Sequence record: MH791414.1
Length of the DNA: 64,000 nucleotides
Strand: one strand, 5' to 3'
Made by a program: the position numbers and the translations under genes
Shown here: positions 18,363 to 26,835 of the stretch, in pieces
How the letters are laid out: each line of letters starts with the position of its first letter
Position numbering within the stretch: position 1 is the first letter of the stretch
The notes under the pieces: generated by a model
Told to the model about the DNA's origin: nothing
The model's input: only the letters and a program-made list of their open reading frames with translations
The model's database searches: none

Positions 18363-18389
18363 AAAAGCCCACCCTATGGGATGGGCTTG
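18363..18389 (-). terminator. intrinsic terminator
   Basis: aaaagcccaccctatgggatgggctt hairpin with A/T tail. Confidence 0.6.
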
Positions 18390-18396
18390 CGCTTCA

Positions 18397-18777
18397 TTAA
18401 ATGTTACATACTGGGGTAGTTTTATCGGAAGTACGTGGAACCAAGAACGAATCTTGATCTTGTTTCGCAAACGCCTCTGCCAGAATAATATCGGTTCGTT
18501 CTTTCGAAGTCAACCACATAGCGTGTAGGGTTTCTTCGTCCAGTGGTTTTTGTTGACAAATAACACGAAGTTTGGTAATCGCGTATTTGTAACCTTCTTC
18601 ATTACATGTTACCAGACAATCCCTAGCATGACTAGTGAGTCGAGAGATTTCTTTTTTGTTTTTATTGTAGTGTTTGGTAGCAAGTTTTTCAGCTTGTTGT
18701 TTTTGAAACTCGGTCAACTCAAACTGGCGTTGTTCTTCAAGCTCATCATTCATTTTCAATTCCTGTTGTTCAGTCAT
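18397..18777 (-). CDS. a-gt.4: a-gt.4-like conserved protein
   Basis: position downstream of 55; QAEKLA...NKKEISRL...YKYAITKLR pattern. Confidence 0.75.
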   Translation of the reverse strand: MTEQQELKMNDELEEQRQFELTEFQKQQAEKLATKHYNKNKKEISRLTSHARDCLVTCNEEGYKYAITKLRVICQQKPLDEETLHAMWLTSKERTDIILAEAFAKQDQDSFLVPRTSDKTTPVCNI

Positions 18778-18994
18778 AATGTATATAATCTAACCTATTG
18801 CTATTTTGATATGTAATTGTCTTAATTTTACCATACTTTAGATGTGGCTTTAAGTTTTTCGGGTTTTTATAATCGAAGTCGATAGGAAACCCGTTTGACT
18901 TCATTTCAACCAATAAAATATATTCCAAGCCAGTCCAATCAAATCCACATGTTTCTAGCATGTCATAAAGATCAAGAGTTATCGATTTCATCAT
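18770..18994 (-). CDS. a-gt.5: a-gt.5-like small protein
   Basis: immediately downstream of 55; about 74 aa. Confidence 0.6.
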   Translation of the reverse strand: MMKSITLDLYDMLETCGFDWTGLEYILLVEMKSNGFPIDFDYKNPKNLKPHLKYGKIKTITYQNSNRLDYIHYD

Positions 18995-19526
18995 CGGATT
19001 CCTCTTCTTTATCATTTTCGTAATCGTACAGCCAATCTAATTTCCCTTCAACCTCTTCATCTTCTTCTTTGTCTTTTTTCTTTATTGACTCTTCATAAGA
19101 AGAAACCTTATTAACAAGGTCGAGATAGAAATCTGGATCAACCATTTCTGTCATATCACCATCTTCAGAATCATAAACACATTCAATGAAATATCGATTT
19201 TTTGTCGCTTCTTTCTTTTTTTCTTTTCTGATTTCATCAAAGAAACATCTTGCCGCGATCATTGTAATATAAGAGTGTGCATTTTCATATTTTGTTTCAT
19301 CGAACTTATGAATTTTTCTGATCAGGATTTCCAATGCTTCGGAAACCATATTTTCTTTCCATACATCGGTATATCTACGGAATCGATAATATTCGGTAAG
19401 TCCGTGGACGATGTTATATATCGCCAACCCTAAGCTATCTGACATTTTTTTGCTGGGGTCTTCTCTATCTTTTTTCCATTGCAAAATATCTGCAACTAGT
19501 TTTTTGTTGTCTACATATACGGTCAT
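18972..19526 (-). CDS. 55: late sigma factor gp55
   Basis: YVDNKKL, FRRYTDVWKENM, FDETKYENAHSYIT motifs. Confidence 0.95.
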   Translation of the reverse strand: MTVYVDNKKLVADILQWKKDREDPSKKMSDSLGLAIYNIVHGLTEYYRFRRYTDVWKENMVSEALEILIRKIHKFDETKYENAHSYITMIAARCFFDEIRKEKKKEATKNRYFIECVYDSEDGDMTEMVDPDFYLDLVNKVSSYEESIKKKDKEEDEEVEGKLDWLYDYENDKEEESDDEIDNS

Positions 19527-19552
19527 TGTTCACCTCAATCTATATAACCCCA

Positions 19553-19561
19553 TTATATCAT
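19553..19561 (-). promoter_or_regulatory. extended -10 promoter upstream of 55
   Basis: TGATATAAT about 30 nt before the start; no clear -35. Confidence 0.5.
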
Positions 19562-19581
19562 AACGAGGTCACCATACTGGA

Positions 19582-21030
19582 TTATCCCTTTCTTCTATTA
19601 TCGATCCATTCTCTGACAAGAATTATATCCTTTGGTTCCAAAATGGATAATTTACGACCTATTTGTTTTTGATAATAGGATAAAGCGGACTGTTCTTTTT
19701 TATCGAGAGAGAACATAGATTTGAAACTTTCTTTTCTAACCCTTGGAGTAGTTTCTTTCTTTCTTGGTTTTCTTTCTTTGATTGCGGTTATCATCAAACT
19801 TTCGTCGATAATCGCATCTGGTAGGTACTTTGACTTAAGATAATCAGCGACTCTCATATCTGGCACAATCAACCGGACCGGTGCCATACTTTTATTGTCT
19901 CGGATCTCTGTTCGCAAACACAGCTGAAACGCAGGTTCTAGGTACTTTGATACCAGAAATGCATCCGTCAAACTGTCTACGTCCAACCCTTGGTTATAGC
20001 TAAGTGATCTCAATAGCTCCAATTGCCAAGGGCTTGGGTTGTATGAGAACAACGCAACGGCGGTACTAAAGTTCATATAGCTGTTCATACCATGTGGGTT
20101 ATATGGTATCTTTGTTCCACCATTAAGGGGACCACGATATGAATTTGTCGTATATATATAATTAACAGGGCCAACGACGTTGTAAACAAGATCTTTCACT
20201 TTGTTGTATACCGTTTCTCCCCCAATTTCTATATCCGAAGCATATCTAGACCAGTTACCATCATACACAGGAATTATTTCTATTCGATGTGTATTCCGAT
20301 AATTGCGAAAATCAAGATTATTGACCAATGGACTTTCTATGAACTTCCAATTTGAATACTCTTTAAGAACAACCCCGGTAAACGTCTCTTGAAAATTAGC
20401 ACAAGCAATTGTAATTTTTTTAAACAACCCCCAATTTTGGGTGCTCATATCCTCAACGAAATAAGCGCAATTGTCTTTTACAATTACCGGGATATCAACA
20501 AGAAGTGCCTTAACCAAAGGGAATACGCTATTAGATACAACGTCTAGATTATGCAATCCATCCATTGCGATATCTTCTAGCGTTTTTCTATGTTCCTCTA
20601 TAATGGTCATTCTTCCGTTTGGTGCGATATTACAATATCGCGATACCACATCAATATTAGTTTTAAACTGAACTTGACGAAGATCTACCATATCAGGTAC
20701 TTCATCAATATACAATTCGTGCCCCTCGAACATTTCGAAATATGGAAAGTTCATTAGTGCTGAGTGTGTAATAAAAATAACTCGATAATTTCCAATCGAC
20801 TCTTTGATCGATTCAAAAACAGATGCACGTTTTTTAATATTGTCTGTATCAAGAATAATAGCATCACCATAACCCAAAGTCATGGTGAAAAAATCATATG
20901 ATTGTTTTGATAACTGACAAGAGATAGAAGCAATGATAGTTGGTTTCTTGCTTCTACCTACGTGCTTCAAGATTGCTTTCGTTTTACCACTACCGGGGAC
21001 TGAGGTTAGAATCTCAACCGTTAATCCCAT
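19582..21030 (-). CDS. superfamily-2-like helicase/ATPase, not a T4 core gene
   Basis: Walker A VPGSGKT, IFITH, Walker B LYIDEVP, HGMNSY and QLCLRTEIRD; basic C-terminus. Confidence 0.7.
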   Translation of the reverse strand: MGLTVEILTSVPGSGKTKAILKHVGRSKKPTIIASISCQLSKQSYDFFTMTLGYGDAIILDTDNIKKRASVFESIKESIGNYRVIFITHSALMNFPYFEMFEGHELYIDEVPDMVDLRQVQFKTNIDVVSRYCNIAPNGRMTIIEEHRKTLEDIAMDGLHNLDVVSNSVFPLVKALLVDIPVIVKDNCAYFVEDMSTQNWGLFKKITIACANFQETFTGVVLKEYSNWKFIESPLVNNLDFRNYRNTHRIEIIPVYDGNWSRYASDIEIGGETVYNKVKDLVYNVVGPVNYIYTTNSYRGPLNGGTKIPYNPHGMNSYMNFSTAVALFSYNPSPWQLELLRSLSYNQGLDVDSLTDAFLVSKYLEPAFQLCLRTEIRDNKSMAPVRLIVPDMRVADYLKSKYLPDAIIDESLMITAIKERKPRKKETTPRVRKESFKSMFSLDKKEQSALSYYQKQIGRKLSILEPKDIILVREWIDNRRKG

Positions 21031-21286
21031 TATCTACCCCAAAAATTGACGCATCATGACATTCAAGAATATACCCAACTGCGATTTCACGCAACTTAAG
21101 TTTATGGATATCCCCAATATGGCTAGTTACCTTTGCCATAGAGTCAACAATGATATCAAGGAATTTTGGGGTGACAATCTGATTATTATCTACCCTTGTT
21201 TGTACGCTATCCAGAATATGTTTTTTACATAGGTTCTGAATACTAATATAATTATCACGAGTTAGTTTCATTTTCATATTTCCCAT
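21014..21286 (-). CDS. hypothetical protein
   Basis: overlaps both neighbours. Confidence 0.6.
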   Translation of the reverse strand: MGNMKMKLTRDNYISIQNLCKKHILDSVQTRVDNNQIVTPKFLDIIVDSMAKVTSHIGDIHKLKLREIAVGYILECHDASIFGVDNGING

Positions 21287-21851
21287 TTTTCATATTCTTT
21301 TCTACTAGATTCCAATATCGATAACCTAGTTTTCGAAGAGACTTATTATAATCTTCTTCGGTACACTTATTTCCATGCAACCGTTTTGCGTCCTTTATAA
21401 GACGAATTTGAAAATCGGTAGTCGTTCGACACTCTATATACATCAACCCAGCAAAGCTAGGGATATCTTCGACTGTCAATAAACCATGAGGAACAATATA
21501 CCAGAAGTAATTTAAAAGTCTACCCTTTTCTAATGCTTCATACTTGGTCATTTCTTCGTAGATATAACCACGTTTTCCGTCCGGTTTTGGTGTTCGGAAA
21601 CTAACCATTTTCTTAGCATCGTTCTTGAAATCGGCCCGACTTATTTTAATTTCAAACTCATCTCGAAATCCACTCTTTCTAAAAGCCAATAAGTCGGCTT
21701 CTAGATCAGAAGTATAATAACAATTTGGAACTATTAGATCATATTTCTTCTGCATTGGATAGTATGTTCCAAATGCACCACAAATCATAGATTCCGTTAA
21801 CTTAGATTCTATTTCCGTATAGATCTCTTTTCTCTTTTTAATTATCGCCAT
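21255..21851 (-). CDS. PD-(D/E)XK nuclease, MmcB-like
   Basis: EADLL...EFEIKISRADFKND...YFWYIVP motif. Confidence 0.75.
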   Translation of the reverse strand: MAIIKKRKEIYTEIESKLTESMICGAFGTYYPMQKKYDLIVPNCYYTSDLEADLLAFRKSGFRDEFEIKISRADFKNDAKKMVSFRTPKPDGKRGYIYEEMTKYEALEKGRLLNYFWYIVPHGLLTVEDIPSFAGLMYIECRTTTDFQIRLIKDAKRLHGNKCTEEDYNKSLRKLGYRYWNLVEKNMKNGKYENETNS

Positions 21852-22119
21852 ACAGTTCCTTAAATTGTTTTATTGATCCAATATAAGAACCGTTTACAAA
21901 TATTCTTGGAAAAGATGTCGGTCGATATGGTAATTTTGCTCTGTTTTTACATTCATCAAATTTATCCAATATATAATCAAAACCAATAGGATTATCTGAC
22001 TTTTTAAGAACGGGGATCAGTTCATACTGATACCCCTTTTCGATACAGAGTCTAATAGTGTCAATACAACCAGCACAATTTGCAACGTCTGGCGGTATAC
22101 CATAGATCTCTACTTTCAT
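21838..22119 (-). CDS. nrdH: glutaredoxin NrdH
   Basis: MKVEIYGIP...CAGC...SFPRIFVNGSYIG. Confidence 0.88.
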   Translation of the reverse strand: MKVEIYGIPPDVANCAGCIDTIRLCIEKGYQYELIPVLKKSDNPIGFDYILDKFDECKNRAKLPYRPTSFPRIFVNGSYIGSIKQFKELYGDN

Positions 22120-22343
22120 AACTCTCCCCTCATAGCGAACCCCTTTTGTAAGGTCCCCCACCAAGATTCGAGTTTATCCCTTTCTTCAGATTCACCGGGA
22201 TAATTTTCTTTATGGAAATCTATAATAGCCCGAAGTGTATTAAGATCTAACAAAGTAAATTTACGACCATAGAAGTGACAATATACAACATCGTAACTCA
22301 ATCGGTCATAGTTAAATTTAGGAAGAGTAATTTCGGAATTCAT
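22116..22343 (-). CDS. hypothetical protein
   Basis: ORF from MNSEIT; stop overlaps the nrdH start. Confidence 0.55.
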   Translation of the reverse strand: MNSEITLPKFNYDRLSYDVVYCHFYGRKFTLLDLNTLRAIIDFHKENYPGESEERDKLESWWGTLQKGFAMRGEL

Positions 22344-22587
22344 CAAAGCCCCCGATAAGAGTTTCACCATCAAAAATTTGAGGCATAGTAAACCCAGTAA
22401 GCTCCAAACCAAGAGATTTACGACGCTCACCCAGCTCTTTTTTATTAGTTCTGGAAATCTCAGAAGTCCCTTCTTTCAGAATAGGTTTAAATTCAAACTC
22501 AATACCGCGAGATTCCGCCAACATCTTGGCTTTAATGCATGGTTTGCATTTATAATTATCTGGGTCAAAACCATAAATCGTAATCAT
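22318..22587 (-). CDS. nrdC: thioredoxin/glutaredoxin NrdC
   Basis: IYGFD...CKPC...TMPQIF...IGGFD as in T4 NrdC. Confidence 0.88.
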   Translation of the reverse strand: MITIYGFDPDNYKCKPCIKAKMLAESRGIEFEFKPILKEGTSEISRTNKKELGERRKSLGLELTGFTMPQIFDGETLIGGFDEFRNYSS

Positions 22588-22937
22588 TTATTTTTTCCTT
22601 TTTGTTTTGGGTAAATCGACACTGTAAAGTTATATCCACCAAAATTAAAAAACCCGACATCCACAGAAAAAGACATTTCGTTTAAAATATCACGAACAAC
22701 ATCACAGATCATAAGCAATGTTGTAGGTTCACCACATAGATAATAATCATTATCACCACGAGAATATGGTGCTGAAAATTTTTCGTGTTTAATATCAGCA
22801 TAACCATTGTTGATCAATGAATATTGTATATCGGGTTCAGATAGAACAGAAACAACAGTCTCTTTAATTGTTTCTTTAAACTTTTTCATTTTCTCATCAC
22901 GAATTGATTGAAAATGACTTGCAGATAAGTTTTCCAT
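22584..22937 (-). CDS. hypothetical protein
   Basis: ORF with ATGA overlap to nrdC. Confidence 0.65.
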   Translation of the reverse strand: MENLSASHFQSIRDEKMKKFKETIKETVVSVLSEPDIQYSLINNGYADIKHEKFSAPYSRGDNDYYLCGEPTTLLMICDVVRDILNEMSFSVDVGFFNFGGYNFTVSIYPKQKGKNK

Positions 22938-22944
22938 ATTTTTC

Positions 22945-23304
22945 TCACATAGATTCTGTAAATGTACGAGTAATAACGTCTTGTTGTTGCTCTCGGGTCA
23001 ATGCATTAAATCGAACAGCATAACCAGAAACTCGAATAGTAAGTTGTGGGTATTTTTCTGGATTTTGAATAGCATCTTCCAGTGTTTCTTTGTTAAGAAC
23101 ATTAACGTTTAGGTGTTGACCACCTTCAATTACCGGGGTGTGTTCCACATCAATTTCAACTAGCAAATCTGCGGCATGTTTCTTAAATTCAACCACATCA
23201 AAAGATTGACCTTCTAGAGAGGGATTTTTCGCTACAGCAACGACACCGGTTACATCATCTTCAGTTAGAACAATAAATTCTTTATTGTACATGTAAGCTT
23301 TCAT
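22945..23304 (-). CDS. grcA: autonomous glycyl radical cofactor (GrcA / T4 Vs.6-like)
   Basis: [10 protein letters not shown]...[15 protein letters not shown]...DVITRTF; ATGA-coupled to nrdG. Confidence 0.93.
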   Translation of the reverse strand: MKAYMYNKEFIVLTEDDVTGVVAVAKNPSLEGQSFDVVEFKKHAADLLVEIDVEHTPVIEGGQHLNVNVLNKETLEDAIQNPEKYPQLTIRVSGYAVRFNALTREQQQDVITRTFTESM

Positions 23305-23774
23305 TTTAATTCCTTCAAATTGTAAATATTTTGATTTGACGAACCCTTCCAAATCAAATTAGGATCTTTTAGTTCTTCTTCAAATCGACCATCGATCAAG
23401 AAATCTATGTATTTCATTATACCACACATGGACACATCTTTTGAAATCTCATCGAGGGTATAACCAGTCCACAACCAAATTGTTTTATTTGGGTACTTGT
23501 CTTTAAACCAAGCAACAAACCGCAACACACCACCACGGTTTTTGTGGAATAACGGGTCCCCACCAAGCAAGGATATACCATCTCGGTTAATCAATGGGTC
23601 TTCCATATCTTTTTCAACAAGTTTATAGATATCCATATCCGACCCGTTATCATAATTCCAAGTGTGCTTAGAAAAACAACCCTTACACATATGATCACAC
23701 CCAGAAAACCAAATGGAGGAACGAGTCCCCCATCCATTTACTACATCTAAACTTTTATAATCCACAATTTTCAT
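23301..23774 (-). CDS. nrdG: anaerobic RNR activase
   Basis: radical [17 protein letters not shown] and WKGSSNQ motifs. Confidence 0.95.
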   Translation of the reverse strand: MKIVDYKSLDVVNGWGTRSSIWFSGCDHMCKGCFSKHTWNYDNGSDMDIYKLVEKDMEDPLINRDGISLLGGDPLFHKNRGGVLRFVAWFKDKYPNKTIWLWTGYTLDEISKDVSMCGIMKYIDFLIDGRFEEELKDPNLIWKGSSNQNIYNLKELK

Positions 23775-25612
23775 AGGTGTTTTACCCTTCTTACCGATTC
23801 GTTATGTTTTCCATCGTTAAATGGTCTTTTTTCCACATCACCCAGATACCCACAAACCCGGCGACGAACGTCTAATTTATCACCATCGTGGTTCCCGCAA
23901 GAAGGACACACATAACCTTTTGATGTCGGGTTCATCTCACCTTTATACCCACAATCAAAACACTGGTCGATTGGTGTATTTGTTCCATAATATGGAGTAT
24001 GTTTATATGCAAAATCCCATACATCTTCTAGAGCTTTAAGATTATTTCTCATATTAGGGAATTCCCCATAAGAAATAAAACCACCTTTGGAGAAGGTAAT
24101 AAAGTCTCGCTCAAACAAGATCTTATGATATGGATCTGTTTTATGCTCAACATCAAGGTGGAAAGAGTTGGTGTAATATCCTTTGTCATGGACTGAATGA
24201 ATGTGATGTTTCTTATCCAATTTGACAAATCTTTCACACAGAGACTCACTAGGAGTACCGTACAAAGAGAATGCAAATCCGGTTTCTTTAGTCCATTCGT
24301 CTGTAATGTACTTCATTTTTCGTAAAACAGCAAGACAAAACTCTTGTTTTTCCTTGTTGTTAAAGATGTGTGACTGATCGTTAAAATTAATGATCTCACT
24401 TACCTCATGTAGTCCGATATAACCACAGGAAACACTAGCTCGACCATTCTCAAACAAATGGAATACCTCTTCATCGGCTTCTAAACGAGCCACAGCGCCA
24501 TTCATGTACAGGATGGGGGCAACTGATGCCTTAACGCCTTTGAATCGCTCTATGCGAGAAATAAGTGCCTTCTTGACGATTTCCATCCGGTCGGAAAGAC
24601 ACGCCATGAATTTTTCTTTATCACCACCAACATCAAGGGCAATTCTCGGTAGGTTTAGGGTAACAACCCCGGCGTTAAATCGTCCATCGTGTACCTCTTC
24701 ACCAGCTTCATTTTTCCATGGGTTAAGGAAAGAACGACAACCCATCGGCGCTTTAAAACTGCCAGTAACTTGGACAACTTGGTCATAACTAACTATATCA
24801 GGATACATACGCTCGGATGAACATTTTAAAGCCAGTTGCTTAATGTCATAGAACGGATCTGACGATTTGAGATTATGACCATCTTTGAGAATAAAAATCA
24901 GTTTCGGGAATACCGGCGTTTCATGGTCATCACCAAGACCATCCATACGAACACGAAGAATCATCTCTTGGATCAGTTTCGCCTCTGGTGAAGTCCCCAG
25001 ACCAAAAGACAATGTGGTAAATGGGGTTTGACCTTGTGACGTACTCAATGAGTTAATTTGGTACTCGATGGTTTGCATAGAGTCATATACGATTTTACGT
25101 AGAGTATTTTCGACGTATTCTTTTTTATTCGGGATTTTATAATGGATTGCTTCAGCACATAGACGGTTATAATCCATCTTAACGTACTCTTCCAATACCA
25201 AATCGATATTGGCAATTGTATTACCACCATAAATGTGATTAGCAACTTGAGTGATAATCTGGGTAATAATATTTGCAGCAGTTTTAACGTTTTTTGGTTT
25301 GCTAATTTTCGCATTAGACAAAGTGAATCCATGATCGAACATGTCTTTGACATTAATCAACATACAATTAAAAAACGGGAGAAGTGGACTATAACCAAGA
25401 TCGTGGAAATGGATAATACCATCTCGGTGCGCGTCCAAAATATCAGGGGATAAAAAAGTGCTTGCATATGCTTTGCTTACAGCACTAGCCAACGCATCTC
25501 GTTTTGTGGGGAAGATCTTCAGATCCTTATTAGCATTCTCTTTTGTTAATTCTGGGTCGGAATCACCAACAATGCTCATTACTTCTTTATAAAGATTCAT
25601 ATTACTTACCAT
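23771..25612 (-). CDS. nrdD: class III ribonucleotide reductase
   Basis: NCMLI, MGCRSFL, YYGTNTPIDQC and RRVCGYLG motifs; GGAG SD before ATG 25612. Confidence 0.96.
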   Translation of the reverse strand: MVSNMNLYKEVMSIVGDSDPELTKENANKDLKIFPTKRDALASAVSKAYASTFLSPDILDAHRDGIIHFHDLGYSPLLPFFNCMLINVKDMFDHGFTLSNAKISKPKNVKTAANIITQIITQVANHIYGGNTIANIDLVLEEYVKMDYNRLCAEAIHYKIPNKKEYVENTLRKIVYDSMQTIEYQINSLSTSQGQTPFTTLSFGLGTSPEAKLIQEMILRVRMDGLGDDHETPVFPKLIFILKDGHNLKSSDPFYDIKQLALKCSSERMYPDIVSYDQVVQVTGSFKAPMGCRSFLNPWKNEAGEEVHDGRFNAGVVTLNLPRIALDVGGDKEKFMACLSDRMEIVKKALISRIERFKGVKASVAPILYMNGAVARLEADEEVFHLFENGRASVSCGYIGLHEVSEIINFNDQSHIFNNKEKQEFCLAVLRKMKYITDEWTKETGFAFSLYGTPSESLCERFVKLDKKHHIHSVHDKGYYTNSFHLDVEHKTDPYHKILFERDFITFSKGGFISYGEFPNMRNNLKALEDVWDFAYKHTPYYGTNTPIDQCFDCGYKGEMNPTSKGYVCPSCGNHDGDKLDVRRRVCGYLGDVEKRPFNDGKHNESVRRVKHL

Positions 25613-25662
25613 TTCAGTTTCTCCAAAGAAGAAAAGGAACCAAAATAGGTTCCTTTTCAATT

Positions 25663-26793
25663 TTATTCAAAGTCTAGGGTGGACAAAATTTCTGGTGTTA
25701 AGTCTGACTCTACAGCGGAGGTTAGATATGAACTGATTTCAACCTCTTGCGGAGCCACCTGCACAGTTTCAGAATTAAGCCATTTAGTTACCCATGGGAG
25801 CGGATTCTTTCGCTTCTGGAAAGAACTAGGAAGACCGGCAGAACGCATACGGTTATCTGCGAGATATTCCACATACTCACAAAGTATACGAGTATTTAGC
25901 CCATTTAGAGACTTATCACCAAACAAATATTCTGCCCATTCCTTTTCTTGGGCTACAACTTCTTCGAAGATCTTTACTGCTTTATTTTCAAGTCTTTTCG
26001 CGATTTCAGCAAATTCAGGATCATCTTTCCCAGATTGCCATTGATTTAGAATTGTTTGGGTTGCCTTCAAATGAAGATTTTCATCTCGGGCAATAAATTT
26101 CATGATTTTTGCACTACCTTCCATTAGCCCGTTTTCGGCAAATGAAAAGTTACAAATAAAGCTCACATAGAAGCGGATAGCTTCAAGAGCATTGATAGTA
26201 TGGACACAAAGATAAAGTGCTTCTTTGAGTTTTGTACGTTGTGCATTGATAATCGATTCATCCAAACCGATATATTGCATCGCCTCATACTTTTTGGTTT
26301 CCTCTAAAACAGAATCATAATATTTTGTAATTGATTCCGCTCGTTTGATAATTTGGGGGGTTAACATTACCTGATCGAATACTTCAGTCGGGTTTGGATA
26401 CACCGCCCGGATCATATGTGTATAAGAATCAGAGTGGATACATCCCTCAGTCATAGTCCACGCGGTGATGAAGTTTTCAAGAGTTACATCACTTACATGG
26501 GGAAGAAGTACCAAGTTCGGACCTCGACCTTGAATTGAGTCAAGGAGAGATTGAACAAATAGGTTTTGTGTATATACGTGTTTGGCATGTTCACTTAGTT
26601 TTGGAAATTGAATACCGTCGTTAGACATATCAACTTCCGTTGGTCGCCAGAAAAAAGACATTTGACGATCCATAAGGTCATAAAATTTTCGATGTTTCAT
26701 AGTGTCGAAACGTTGTACGTTCGGTTCTTCACCAAAAAACATATATTGGTTTGTGTGATCTACAATATTACGGTTAAAGACAGTGGAACTCAT
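25663..26793 (-). CDS. nrdB: class Ia RNR beta subunit
   Basis: FFWRPTEV, EGCIHSDSY, EAIRFYVSF, DENLH and APQEVEISSY; no intron. Confidence 0.96.
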   Translation of the reverse strand: MSSTVFNRNIVDHTNQYMFFGEEPNVQRFDTMKHRKFYDLMDRQMSFFWRPTEVDMSNDGIQFPKLSEHAKHVYTQNLFVQSLLDSIQGRGPNLVLLPHVSDVTLENFITAWTMTEGCIHSDSYTHMIRAVYPNPTEVFDQVMLTPQIIKRAESITKYYDSVLEETKKYEAMQYIGLDESIINAQRTKLKEALYLCVHTINALEAIRFYVSFICNFSFAENGLMEGSAKIMKFIARDENLHLKATQTILNQWQSGKDDPEFAEIAKRLENKAVKIFEEVVAQEKEWAEYLFGDKSLNGLNTRILCEYVEYLADNRMRSAGLPSSFQKRKNPLPWVTKWLNSETVQVAPQEVEISSYLTSAVESDLTPEILSTLDFE

Positions 26794-26835
26794 TACAAAA
26801 TCCTAGATGAGTGGGGGTTTCCCCCCACAGGTTAA

